Positions 23,594 to 36,378 of a DNA stretch of 64,000 nt are shown here, in pieces. The DNA comes from Zygnema circumcarinatum SAG 698-1b (lineage: Eukaryota; Plantae; Zygnematophyceae), in NCBI GenBank assembly GCA_037447605.1, contig CM074809.1:2284689-2348688 (forward strand). The letters run 5' to 3'. A program made the translations under genes and the position numbers. The notes under the pieces are model-generated. The model made no database searches. It saw nothing but the letters and a program-made list of their open reading frames with translations, and was not told the DNA's origin. Numbering within the stretch: the first letter of the stretch is position 1; each line of letters starts with the position of its first letter.

Positions 23594-23914
23594 ACGTGGC
23601 AGGCAGCATGGAGGTCCACGCGCCTGGCGGAGGTCAAGTGACGTCACGTGCAGTGGTGCGATGGCAGCAGTGTACAGCGGCGGCACGCTCGCACGTGTGA
23701 GCGCCCCCGCGCGCGAGGCGAGGCGAGGGCCTCCCTCCCTCCCGCGACGACCGCAGCGCGGCAGAAGGGCATCCCCGCACAGCCTGAGACCGGGCCTGCA
23801 CCGAAGCATGCAGCGCGCCACGTGCCCGCAAGCGATTGGCGCGCCGCGCGGGCAAAGGACCTCGGATCTGAGCCCGAGCTGCGAAGGGATGCCCGTGCCG
23901 CTGCGCCACGTGGC
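23594..23914. promoter_or_regulatory. Cluster of ACGT-core bZIP/bHLH motifs (ABRE/G-box) upstream of the DREB-type gene
   Basis: ACGTGGC 23594, TGACGTCA 23639 overlapping CACGTG 23645, CACGTG 23692, CACGTG 23819, GCCACGTGGC 23905. Confidence 0.55.
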
Positions 23915-24159
23915 ATCCGCCTGTGCCCCTTTTTGCTGCCTCATCGCACTATTCGATCCGGGGAAGAGTGAATGCAAGGTGAACTGCTTGCTTGTGCGAA
24001 GGTGGCTCCACGCCATTGTCTGTAGCTAAGCATTTACTTAGTGGTTACAAGTCCAAGGCTGACGGTCTAGGATGAGAAGGTTTCATTCTCAAAAAAATTA
24101 CCTTCCTGCCTTTCCACTGTAACATTTGCTACTAGGCCTGTCGATACGACTCCAAATTC

Positions 24160-24460
24160 AGCCGCGAAGGTCGCCAATCTGGAGCACGTCTTGTTGAGGG
24201 AGGGAGGGGCGAAAGCCCGTCGCGACATTTAACATCAAGTGCGGCGAATCGACGGAGGGTGGAAGCGAGGCAGCATTGCAAGGCGGCAGAGGCGCGTGAT
24301 CGCTAGACGATACTGCGCGTAGCCGGAGGCGGCTTCCTCTGGGCCCTGCGTGCATTGGGAAGGAGCAAAAAGCACAGTAGGAAAGAAAGGCATCCAAACG
24401 GAAAGTCGAGGACATTGAAAACGTCAACGGGCTTGGGACCGAAGGCTTTAGCTGACTGGC
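24160..24460 (-). mobile_element. Degenerate CRE-family C-terminal coding relic
   Basis: Frameshifted pieces LDAFLSYCA, SRASAALQCCLASTLRRFAA and QIGDLRG match the LINE C-terminus RQRISVALQRCLASTILRRAA...HIGDLRG. Confidence 0.75.
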
Positions 24461-25078
24461 GGTGGCGGCTCCCGCGCGGCCTCGCGATGCGCGGCACCAA
24501 ATCGAGTCGGATATGGCGATATATACGGCATCCCCCAAAGTCCGGCGAGCACAGCAGACAGCACCCTCCATAAGGGCAGGATCAGGCTGCCCGGCCCCTC
24601 CCAAGGCTCCCCACCGCCCCAGCGGGCGGGCGGCCGGGCGGGGTGCCGAGGCGGCACAATCTGATTCGCCAGTCGCCGCACAAGGACGCCCTCCCGCCTC
24701 ACGAGGCGCCGCCGCTCCAAAATCGCGAGTGGTGAATCAAATATCATTTCCAGCACTAGCCGCCCGGCGAAGCCCTCCCGCGAGGCGAGCCCCAATCCTC
24801 CCGTCAGCGTCGCCCGCCTCATTGCGCGGGGCACGCAGTCCGTCCGATTTTCTCCTTCCTCAAGGATGACGTCAGGGGCGGCGGGCGGCGCCAGTCGGCT
24901 GTCGAGGGAAGCCGGAACGCCGGAAACGGGCAGCCGGCGGGCGGGCGGGCGGGCGGCGGGCGGGCACACGGCGGTGGCTGCGGCCGGCGCGCGGTGACGG
25001 ACTGCCACAAGGAATGGTCGTCTCGGGAAACGAGACCTCGCTTCAACCTTTGTAGGGTTTCCAGACCCTATCATAATA

Positions 25079-25158
25079 CGTGACCGATTCCTCCGGTTCC
25101 CCGTGTTGATTTTTTCAATGTAAATTTGATGGTCTCGCCATCGTGAGATCAGTGCAAG
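25079..25158 (+). mobile_element. CRE-family 3' tail relic
   Basis: gtgaccgattcctccggttcccc...atgtaaatttgatggtctcgccatcgtgagatcagtg. Confidence 0.7.
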
Positions 25159-25480
25159 GTGTTCGAGACGATGTGGCATCGATCTCATGATGGCGGTGCT
25201 CGGGGTGCAAGTCCTTCCCATTCAAGAAGGAAAGAAAGAAAGGAAGGAGGAAAGTGCATGGCCCAAACTCGCCCTCAAGTTCTCGCCGCCAAACAAAGTC
25301 GCTCGTTCGGTCGCCCGGCGACGCGCGACGCGTCGCAGTCCGTACGGAAGATCTTGAGAGGGGGCGAGGCCGCGTGGCCCCCAATTGGCTGCTCCAGATT
25401 TGGTCCTAAAAACGACAAAATCTTCCTTTTGGTCCGTGCGCGCACTTCCTTGAGCCTTCAGCCGGCGCCATCCGGCGCCG

Positions 25481-25540
25481 ACCGGCAACGGCTGGCACCA
25501 ACCGGCAACGGCTGGCACCAACCGGCAACGGCCGGCACCG
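25481..25540 (+). repeat. 20-bp tandem repeat x3 (accggcaacggctggcacca)
   Basis: Directly visible. Confidence 0.85.
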
Positions 25541-25744
25541 GGCGATCTGTCATCTGTGGCCAGCCGAGGGCGCTTTTTGGCAGTGTGGAGCCGGCACCAA
25601 GAGGACGGAACGGGCAGGCCCTGCCTGCGAGGCAGCGCGGCGGCGCTGGCTCGGGTGTTGTTTGGCCACGGAACTGTGACCACAGAGCGATGGCGCAGAC
25701 TTTGCTTGGCAGACTCTCAAAGAGTATTCGAAAACCATTTCTTT

Positions 25745-25814
25745 TCTCGTGGTGCCCCTTTTTGTCCATGTACATATTTGATGGAATCGCCATAGTAAGA
25801 TCAATGCCACATCC
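25745..25814 (+). mobile_element. CRE-family 3' tail relic, hairpin partly decayed
   Basis: tcgtggtgcccc...tccatgtacatatttgatggaatcgccatagtaagatcaatgccacatcc. Confidence 0.6.
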
Positions 25815-25855
25815 CTCTCCATTTCTTGGAATTCTTACAATTCCCGATCAGCTAG

Positions 25856-25897
25856 CTGTGCCTGGGGCGACTTGTCGACAAGTCGCCCCAGGCACAG
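25856..25897. repeat. Perfect 42-bp spacerless palindrome
   Basis: ctgtgcctggggcgacttgtcgacaagtcgccccaggcacag is its own reverse complement; pairing extends through cgatcagct/agctgatcg. Confidence 0.95.
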
Positions 25898-26800
25898 AGC
25901 TGATCGAGAGTCGACGAACAAAAAAAAAAGCATGCAAACTAATGACACCGAATCAGAAGGAGAGTGACTATTGTTGCTGGTGTTGTTACCTCTCATTGTC
26001 CAAAAAGTTTCAGACAGACACTCTTCCTTTATACGCACACCAACCACCTTGTCACAGGACATCGCCCCGGGATTCAGACAAACGCGAGAGGCACACTACG
26101 AATGCGAATGCTTCAGTCGAGCAGCACAAAAAGGGTGCAGAGAACAATACTGGGAAAAGGCAGGGTAGAAAACGAGTTCGGTTAAAACAATAACGGTTCA
26201 CATCAATGTACATTCGTGCGTTATTTCTGCTTGCTCCGCTGCTGCAAGCGTGCCTGTCCCTGTGTAAACAGGGTTCACAAAAGTACTTCCGGCCCCTAGA
26301 TAGAACTTGCTTTCTCCGATGAAGAATCCAAACACAACTGTAGCAGCTCACCCCAGTTCAACTATCCCTCAACAGCTTTACTGGCTCTCTCAAAAGAGTG
26401 AGGGTCTCCAAGCCACCAAAGCACCCTTACAACATCATCAACGGTCTATCATCCCCGTAACTTGAGCATTTACAATGGCTTTGTGAAAACTGCCGCTAGA
26501 GCCTGAACATATATCCTCGCCCAGCTTACCAGAGCAAGGGTCTGAACCCCATACAGCATACCTTCAACAGCTACGCTTCTTGCGGCTGCTGACAACATCG
26601 TGAAGTGAATTGAGGAGCTCACAGCCGCCGTCCAACATGCACAGCCGGCTGCACTCTGTCCTCCGAAAAAAAATTAAACCGCGGGGCCTAGTGGGTCGTC
26701 CACGGGAGAACTCAGCAAGGAGAAGGTAGTGCAGACGAGGTGGAGGGAGAGGAGGGGAGGAGAGAGGGTAGAGGAAGTAGGGCGAAAAGGAGGGGGAGGA

Positions 26801-29800
26801 CTATGACTTGGAGAAGTCGCCCCAGCGGCCGCTTCGACTGAGAAGATACTCCGCCCATGGCTGAGCCTTAAGTGAAGCAATCAGCTCTGAGCCCCCCTCA
26901 CTGTTGGCTGCGTACAGGCCCTCCACAGCATGCAGCCACAGCACCACGATATCACTCCGCCGAGGGAAATCTGCGTCTCGAGGCACCGCTTCATCTGCCA
27001 CTTTATCAGCTGTCATTCGCAGAAACCGCAGAGTTTGCTCGGTGAATACACACCCGGCATACTCGTAGAGCACCACCACAAGGCGGGCCTTTGGGGCCAC
27101 CTTTGATACTGCAAGCAGCAAAGCAAAAGAGGGGTAGGCAGATGAGTGGGCGTTTCAGGAGTGAAGGGAGCTGAGAGGGGTTGGGGGAAAAGGAGTGGAG
27201 AAACAAGAGCGATTTGGCAGCACTACAAGCAAGAACACAAGAGTGACTAACGGATATAGAAGCAGAGCATATCAGGCCTGTTACCAACTGCCTCCATCCT
27301 CCAACCCCCACCCTCTCCTCCATTCACCCTAGGGAAAACGCGCTTTCTTTTTCGGTTCAGGACAGTCCAAGCATGTTCTATTGGATGCTTACCAAACTCC
27401 TGGGCGCGTTCCACGTGGCCGGTGTAGTCCCCTCCGCCCCCAAAAAGTGCAAACCGGCGAGAGCTTGATACGTTGAGAGGTACAAGAAGAAATACGACAG
27501 AGGGGACGCCTGCAGCAAGAGCGAGGAGATGAGAGGATAAGGCAGTTCAGCTCGGAGGGACAACATACATAATCAGGCATAGTCAGACTAACGCAAGCGT
27601 ATTTTCTATTTTCCTCATTAAATACATCACAATAAATGTACAAGCCCATACGTCAAGCATAGACATGCATCTGTATGAACGGGGGGGGGTGTGGTAGACC
27701 TTATTGCAAACATAAATCGACAAGGAAGAGCAACAGGCAAAGGGAGGGAACTGGAAAGCAGGTAAGTGGGTGAGAGGAGAGAAAACAAAATGGCCGAAAA
27801 CATGGGGCAGGACGATGGAAGAACCGTTGAGCAAACCATCTATGCTTCCAACCGGGCTTCACCTTAATAAGAAATAATCCTGGTATAATCTTGCTTGCAG
27901 TGCAAATCCATAACTTACTGAATATTTTGCCAATTTCACAGCCACTTCCCTCTCATTGCAGACGCACCTTCGGCTTCTGAGTTGGTGGTGAGGATGAGTG
28001 GGACGCCATAACCTTGCCGCCTCTCATAAATCTCTTGAAGCTCATCGCGTGCCTGCTCCGCTGTAAGCAGCCGCAGCTGTGCAGGCAGAGCAGCCAAAGC
28101 TCTGTTGGGGGACCCCACAGAGCTCCCGTGGGAGTCTGCAACACCGCCATCGTAAGCTTATGTTCCGACCTAAACAACGCCGCCTTCATAACTGCCTCAT
28201 CAACTGTCGGTATCATATCTATCATATATATATGGTATGGTATATGTCTGTTGGTATTGATCGTATGGCAGAGGCCTTGCTATGACCGCTCTAAGAATTG
28301 ATAGGTGAACAAAAGTTTAGACTCACATTCACTAAACAGTAGAAAGTAGCAAAAGTTTGAAAGTACAGATCCTCTCTCACCTTGTTGGAAGATGAAGTAC
28401 AGAACTGCCGCAGAGGAGGCTGTGAAGAGAACGAGAAGGAGCAGCAGAAGACCCCACTGCCACTTCACCGTGCTTTCCAGTGATGCGAGTGTTCCATCAG
28501 CCAAGAGTGCTTTCAGGCGAGCTTCCGCTTGAGCCTTCGCAGGGCTGCATGAGAAAAGGTAAGCTTCTGTAAGAGGCTTTCAGGAAGTGGGGGAAGGAAA
28601 ATGGATAGAATCGAATTTGAATTGCTTCGAAAGTGCTACTCAAAAAACTAAAAAAATGCCTTAAGAACAAACTATCTGAGTCGATTATAATTCAAGTCTC
28701 ATTTTTCTCCCCGTACTCCTTAGCCGGTTATTGCTTCTCATGCGACCAAACTTGGAGTAACTTCTTGCAGGTTTATACGGAATATGGTTTTCCATGAGTG
28801 CGTTCCGTTCTGCGACCATAGAAGTGTGAGACTCACCGACATGCTGCCACCTCAGCTACCAGCCGCTCCCGCTCTTGATCCCACACTTTGCGCTGCTCTC
28901 CTACCTGCATGACTTCAACTTCAAGAGCAGCACAACGGCCTTCATCCGTAACTTTCATCTGCTGCTCATTGGCCTGCATAACGGCTTTTAGGGACGCCAA
29001 CTCCTCCACTGTCTCAGCTTGTGCCTTGGCAGCATCGCGGTCGCAGACTGCCTCCACCCTCCGCTTGGTCTGTAGAAAAAAGCGGCCCTTCCTCACCAAT
29101 TGTAAGGATTTCTGTCAAAAGAAGTAGTCCATGCACATTCGTAATGGCCAATTCTGGGAGCTCCATTAATTGTCATATCATTACACTTCGAAACATACTT
29201 GCAGACGGCATTCTCAAACCAAAACTTCACCGATGACAGGGTGTACATCAAGGGGCAAAGCACTGTTGAACAAGAAGCGGATACACAGGAACATGTAACA
29301 TTCTCCAACGAGCAAGCAGCAGGCCAATGGGCAGAATGAATTGAAACATTGGCAGCCCGGTTGTGACAAGGAACAGCAGTTCACACCCGCAGCTCGCAGG
29401 ATTCAAGATCGGCTCGGAGCTCTGCACGCTCACGACTAAACTCAGCTTGCAGAATGGCACGCTCGCGGGCAAAGGTAGCATTGTCCACTTTCTGCTGCTT
29501 CACACACTCCCGTTGCAGATCCTGCATACATGGCAGCAACAGGCATACAGACCAGCAAGACTTCCTTCTGTTAAAACATATGAACGTGATAGCAGTCATA
29601 CATTTTACACGAGACGTGCTTATTTGGAAGGATCGACGAGTAGGCAGTACTCCACTGCAGCAACCAACGCAAAAGACTTCACGATAGTGCTTGAATTCAC
29701 AACTGATAAGACGAGTTTGGATCAGTCAATTTGGAAGTATATGGTTTCTCACTTGCTCTGCTGACGTCTTCTCGAGCCGACACTCGATCAACTCCTTATA

Positions 29801-29965
29801 CTGCTTTTCTCGAACTCGTTGAAGACGCTCCAACTCTTTGCTCTTTGAGGCGGCATTTTCACTGGCATCTTTCCAAGTGGCTCCACACCAACTGTTTCCG
29901 TCTCTCCCTCCCATTGCGGGCCCAAGAATCAGTGTTTGATGCAAAATCATTCTCTGCCGTTGCAA
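26801..29965 (-). CDS. Uncharacterised coiled-coil protein with one TM helix and a C-terminal alpha/beta-like domain (5' exons uncertain, possibly up to ~32040)
   Basis: Splice-bounded coding exons: SKSKELERLQRVREKQYKELIECRLEK, DLQRECVKQQK...ELRADLESCELR, TKRRVEAVCDRDAAKAQAETVEELASLKAVMQ, KWQWGLLLLLLVLFTASSAAVLYFIF (TM), LRLLTAEQARDELQEIYERRQ, VPSVVFLLVP...DYTGHVERAQEF|VSKVAPKARLVVVLYEY...WGDFSKS*. Confidence 0.6.
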
Positions 29966-32824
29966 CTGGAAGATGGACTAAAGCGCATATGCCAAGCAAT
30001 CTGGACCTGCAATCTCCTCTGTATTCATACGCATGCTTCACGGCCCTTCCAATGGCACTACAGATAGCCCCACGTTGAGCATGAGTCAACCAACTCGCCA
30101 GTATATCTGTCGACGAGCATTCCGCCAACTCAATGGAGAAGTGGGAGTAATGCTGACCTGGAGAGCCAGTAAGTCAAAACATTGCTCGCAGCTTCTGGGT
30201 CCTCCAAGTTCGACCAAAGCCACGCTGACCCATCTGCTCATAACAAGCCAAGCACATAGGCCGCTATCTTAATCTATAAGCCCCGACTTACAATGCTTAT
30301 GCCGCAAAGTCCAGGTTGCCAGGACGATAAACTGACGATTCTTTTCACATTGCTTTGCCCTAAAAATGCTTTCTCCACACAGGCAGAATCTGGAATAACA
30401 GAAAGCACTCTAATGTATATTGTAGACTGTCAGAAATCCAGGTGAATGTTGACGGGTTAGCCCATACGACAAGCACCTTGAGGAACGTCTGAAAATGACT
30501 AGCCGAACAGAACGGTCCTTGGTGCGCACACAGAATATGCTCAGTAATTAAGAGCAGACGAAAAGGTGAACTCTCTCCGCCAAGTTGGCACTTTCCACTT
30601 CCATAAGTCTGCTTGTACATACTTTTGTTGATATCAAATGAGGCGTCATGTTTTGCCAATCCAACAACAGAGATGTTCTACGTGAATAAACGCTTTGAAC
30701 TGTGATTCAAGCCTAGGAAAGTAGCGGACATGTACGAAAGGACGATGCGTATTTATGTAAGGAGGTTGTCGCCTGCGTAAATGTAAGACTAATGGACGGT
30801 AAGCTAATGGAGTTGCGTCTACTTCAGATTGAGGACGAGTGGGGCAGAGAAAGGATCCGAAAGTCTACTGAGAGACAAGCAGTTTGAGTTTGCACAAAAG
30901 GCAATCACATATTTTGTCCTTCATAGAATATCCCGTCGAATCGTTTCGTATCCGTGAAGAAGTCATAGCAACGTATGAAATAAGCTTTGACTCACTTTCC
31001 TGGGCAAATCTCAATCAGGCGAAGGCAAACAACGATATCATAAGCCTTACAAAAACTGGCAGCCTAAGTGACAGTCGCTGGAGATAGACATCTAGGTTTG
31101 AGACTTTGAAAAGCACAGCGATAAGCCCGAGAGAAAAAAAGGGATCAATTTGCTGGGCAACGTTTGAAGCAAAGGACGCCGTTCCTCCACGGCTCTCGCG
31201 AATGTCCAGAATGCATAACAGATAGCATGCTAAGAAATTCCTAATGGTTCCTCGTGAATTTCATGGCTCCAGCACTGTCTGCCTGCCTCCACTTGTAACA
31301 ACATTGACGTTTCAAATTTGACAATGCTGATGAGTCCCACGTGACAAGACGCGCCATGTGGATTGCTTGAAAAAAGAACTTGCCTTCTGACTAAAAAAGA
31401 CAAGAAGCTGAATGCACATGACATGACATGACATGACAAGTGACATGTGACATGTGCCGGAATTTTATTTTCAAATGGGAAAAAAAAAAAAAGTAAGCTC
31501 CTAATGAAGGATGTGATGACATCTGAGGGTCCTAAATTTCTACATCATTCTCCTTCTAAATGCGTAAGGAGCACAAGAAGAGCAGCTGAAGGAGCAGCTC
31601 ATTGCTGCAGAGACAATTGCAAGGGATGCCAACTGTCCTGTATTTTCTCTTTAGGGAAATTTCCTGTCGGGGAAACAAATTGCAAAGCGTAAGGATAAAG
31701 TGACTCACTTGAAAGGTAGCTTACAACCTCGTCCAGAGGTGGAGCCTCCAAAACCTCCGACTTTTCGGAACCTGCAACCGCATTAAATAAGAGAAATGGG
31801 AGGAGAGTCGCAAAAAGAGCCGCAGAGTCGAGCGTGGCCCGTCCCCTGCGTGCTCCAGAAACGCAGCAGACCCCGTTGCCTGCCATCCCTCCCACGGCAG
31901 CAGGCTTGCCTCCCCGCCTGCAGGCAGGCAGCAGCAGGCAGCAGGCAGCCCCTGCACTGGCAGTGCAGCCTGCCCTGCGTCCCCACCACGGCGCCTACGT
32001 GCTGCCCAGCGCTCACCAAACACCTGCTGCTCGCTCCATGTCACCCGTAAAGCGTTGCGGACAGATGTGAAGATGGATGGGACTACGTCAAGCGTTGCTT
32101 ACATGCAGGGCGTGCCTCCATGCGCAGCTCCAGTTCTGGCACAGAAGCGTCGTACTTCACAGCGTCAAACTGTACTATAAAAATGGAAATGTTTTCCCAC
32201 CCCCCCGCCCCTCCCCCCGCCCCTCCAGCCTGTTCAGGGTGAGCCCGGCAGCGCGGCTAGCGGGCGGTGGCTAGACTACTATAGTCAGTCAGTCACCTCG
32301 AACCGGAACCACTTCCGGAAATCTACAGATCGCCCAAACTACTTTGACAGTCTTCGAACAGACAACTACATGCAGCATCTTAGTGACCAGCATCCTTTGA
32401 AGTGGACTGAATACAGCCAGATTTTGTCGCCATCACACAACAAGACTTATTTTTCAAGGATGTGCCTTATACCAATACTTCGAGAGCTCATTTTGAAGCC
32501 AGTGCATCCTTATGTTTCACTATCGACAAATCGGTGGTCGAGGTGGTTGGAGGTGGATTTAAAAATACAACCCTAAAAACATTTGGTTTTTTCGGCGAAA
32601 ATGTAGGGAAGGCAGTATAGGGGGTTGGGTGAGGAACTTTGGAGGAAAGAGAGTTGCAGTTTCAATCCTTTAGTTCTTGGAGCAGTGAGCCTTGGCTTGC
32701 GGCTGTGGAAACCATAAGGGAAGCTCCGCACTTCTGTGTTTAACCTCCCATTTAAATCGATTCAACTCTACAAAGGAGACTCTACTCTATCAAAGTTAGT
32801 CATTGTCACCCCATGTTGTCATAT

Positions 32825-32990
32825 TAGGGGGGTCAGACATTAGCCATGGCCGTACTAAATTCTCGAATTTAGTTTACTAAAAGTCAAAGGAAAGGAAATC
32901 CGGAAAGCCCCCGAAAATCCTGAAAATGAAACTCAAAATGGTCCCGAAAAATAGTAAAATACGGGATTTTCATCCGTAAATTTCGTATTT
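32825..32990 (+). mobile_element. Orphan TE-terminus-like sequence (same motif as 7640-7680)
   Basis: taggggggtcagacattagccatggccgtactaaatt. Confidence 0.4.
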
Positions 32991-33202
32991 GACGATGCCT
33001 GGTCGGGGCCCCGCTGGGCCGCTGCGGCGGCGACACGAAGAAGGCTCAAGGCGGGGCGGGCCGCGTGGCGAGGGGCGGGGCACAGAGAGAGTGAGAGAGA
33101 GAGAGAGAGGGGCAGAGAGTCAGCGCGCGCTCGCTCTCCTTCACAGGCCGCATCCGCGCCCCCCGACGGACGGTCTGCTTGCATCCGAGTTCTGCGGTGG
33201 CC

Positions 33203-35314
33203 ATGGCGTCGCTCGCATTTCCCGCTGTTACGCACAGCTGCTTTGAGGCGTCGCTTGCACCACGCTCCTCGCGAGGGGCGGGCGATGCTACTCTCAGCTC
33301 GCCCACCCTGAGCGCATTGTCGGTTCGCATGCGGAAATTTCGAAGCGTTGCGGAGGGGCGGGCACAGACACCGCCTTGTGTAGTGCGGTGCGTTCAGGAG
33401 AACGCGGCTCAAGGCCACACGAATGAAGCTGGTTCGCAGCTTCGGGAGGTCCTTCTTCGCGTAGTGGCGTCGGGCATCGTGGGTGAGGCTTTTGAAGACC
33501 TGCTCAGACATTTTTGGTCCATTCTTTTGTTTGTCTGCGCTTAGCTTTCCCTGTTCTAATGTAAATGCTCAGAGTCTCCGCAGGATTGAGCGTTCTTGGG
33601 CCCATCCCCGGGAACGAGCTGCTGATGGGGCGAGCTCCAACTGCGATTGCGGAAGAAGGAAGCAGTATATCTGTCCTTGAAAGAGTTGAAGTACGTTTTT
33701 TCTCTGCTTGCTGTAGGCTTGCAAGCATTTCAGATCTCTTCACTTCGGTGACAGAGCACTGGCTCCACCCACAGAGAGACACTGCTTCTTAGAGGATTGG
33801 CTTTTTTTGGCTGAGCTTGTTTCCATTTCTTGCTCTCTGACTTGTCATCTAACCCTGTCGTAGCTTTCGCTTATTTTATCAATCTTTGCATAATTGAGAC
33901 GGACAATTTTGCTAAGTGGAGTGGGTGTGGCCTGCACGAGAGTGATTGCAGCCGGAGGTGCGCGCGAAGAGGCTGGCAGAAGTGCTAGCGCAGAGAAAGC
34001 AAGAGGCACAGGAAGCTGCAGCCAAAGCTGAGGCTGAGAGACTGGCAGTTTTGGCAAAGAAGGAAGAAGAGCAAAAAGCGCGCATAGCGGCTACGGAGGC
34101 GGCCAAGTCTCCTACGCCAAAGGTGCAGCTTGATAAAATGGCAATGTATAGTTTTCTGTAATAGTTGAGATGGGACGGCCTGTGCCACTCAAGCTATGTG
34201 CGTTTTTAGCAAAGTTCCCGTCTAACTGACCACTTGGATTTTGTTTTGAGGCTGTCAGAAGGTGGTGTCTACAGTGGTGGCGGCAAAGAAGACAAAGAGT
34301 CACGGGTTTATGCCCCTCTTTCTGTCACAGTTCTTCGTGCTTGCTGCTCTGTCTGGCCTTACTGTTGCCCTGTTCATAGTGCCCCAAGGCGGCTGGACAG
34401 TTGGCCAGCAGGTGCTTCATTCGCCTACCACTCTGTTCCAGCTATCTGTCTTCTATTTTCTTACCAGCGGTCCAGTTCTCCTTATTTTGTGATTATATTC
34501 AAGTGGTGTCAGGATCCGGAGCCTTCCAAGGGAAGAGCCAGAGAGTGAGACTATGCGCAATTCTGATGAGTGCTCTTTTGATCTGTCCGGTCGTTTACAA
34601 GATGTGAAAGGAAGGTTAGTGTTGACACCTCGAAGTAGCCTCCTTTGCAGAAAATGGAGGAGGTTTTGGAGAAAGTTACCCCTCCAGCTGAGGCAGCGTG
34701 GATTAAAGCTAAGCCATATATGATTAAGGTGAGATACTTTACTTTTGTGTGTCATGGAGCCAAATGGAGCCCAACATAAGCAAAATCATATTGGGCGCTC
34801 CAAACTCAAAAGGTCGGCTGCTTTCTTTTCATGGTTCTGCCTATTTTAGCAGTTTCCTCGTTGTGGTCGTTAAGTCCTTTGGATCTTGTATGGGAGGTAT
34901 GGGGAGACGTCACAGCTCCTTCGTGGGCATAGCCTACTACAATCTCCGTGATGGACTGGTGTGAATGAGAAATTCAACATGTCAATTGTTGATAGTAGAC
35001 TCACCTGCAGTGAATGCGCTACCGGGTCTCCCACTGTGTACTCTTTGGCAGTCCTTTGTGGTTTAGTTTCATCCGAGTTTTTTTTAAACCCAGTGCTCTA
35101 TTCTTCTACTCCTTACGCTTTACTTGGCATGCAGGCTTGGGATGCCCTCCAGAAGTATGCAGAAGAAGCGAAGCCGTATGTGGCCAAGGCGGCGGCTCAA
35201 GCCCAGCCGGTGGTACTGAAAGCGGTGGAGAACGCAAAGCCAGTGATAAAGCAGTGGCAGGAGAAGCTCGCAGAGGCCCTTTCACAGGCACAGGCGAAGG
35301 TGAAGAGCCCCTGA
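33203..35314 (+). CDS. Uncharacterised plastid (probably thylakoid) membrane protein
   Basis: Ser/Ala/Arg-rich transit-like N-terminus MASLAFPAV..., hydrophobic segment ending in APTAIA-EE (lumenal A-x-A-like site), charged helix, TM SHGFMPLFLSQFFVLAALSGLTVALFIV, amphipathic tail AWDALQKYAEEAKPYV...KSP*. Phase-compatible GT-AG junctions where checked. Confidence 0.75.
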
Positions 35315-36378
35315 AACTGAACGTGAAGTAATATTTTTTAGACACTCGCCACTTTGTGTAAAGGCAACCGGAATTGAGGGACTTACGTAGGGCGTTGATC
35401 GCAATTGCATGGGAAGAGAGGTTGAATTTATGGAGGTAGGAACATTCTTTTTACCATAAGTCTACATTTTCCGAGAAATTGACAGCAAGTCGCTCCTTTA
35501 ATCATGTTGTTTCAGATGCTCGAGCACTTATAGGTGTGGATGATCTAGGCATTAGAAAGCATGTAGAACTGTAAGGAAGAGGACAGGTTACTCGGGGACA
35601 AAGAGATGTTGTCACTTCGAATTTTCTAGGAACCTATGAACAGACCCGTTAATGGGAAATATTTCTCTCCGTTAACTTGTCTCTTTTGGCCATTAGGGCA
35701 ATCCTTCTTCGGATTGTCCATATCGTGTTCTTCGGAATCGTTTCGAAGTAAATGAGACTCACACACATGGTGATTTCCTGCCTGACGTAACTCTGTTTCG
35801 TAAGGTGTTCACCAACCTCATGCCACATCAACTCGGTTGAAATGTTCTCTAACCTCCCAGCAGCACCACACATAATCCTGGTCTACAGCACAAGGCTGCT
35901 GTCCTTTCGCCCTCATCTTTCGCGACATGCTCCGGCGTAGCGTCACAGTAATGGCCAAGGCATCTGGCTAGACACTTCATGAATTGCACCGGAAGATAAA
36001 CAAGACGTGCAGCATACATTCATAAGCCTGAAAAACAAGTCCCTCCAGGTACAAACCACGCACGCACAGAAAAGATAATTTCAGAAGGCAAGAACTGAAA
36101 AGATGCCAGTGCTCCTTTACTCCGTCATCAAAACTTCACCAACCATGCATTCCAATGGCACTTAAGGACAAGCACAATGCTCTTCTGCTGTCCTTGTTGG
36201 CCTCCTCAGCCCCCTCCACTGCACTGAATTTTCCGCCACTTAGCTGACAGATCTTCACCTGCAAGACGGCCAGTGCAAGATACAACGCTGTTAGACAACG
36301 CAAACCACGGGCCCATGTGATGGAAACGTATTCTTGTCAATGGAAGTATCTACTATACCTGAAAGAAGCGCGAAGTCC

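Noticed and set aside
19234-25800. Many long overlapping ORFs (up to 459 aa) on both strands
   Set aside because: Shadow frames of very GC-rich, low-complexity DNA (antisense of the AP2 gene, ACGG tract). No domains apart from the CRE relic at 24160-24460.
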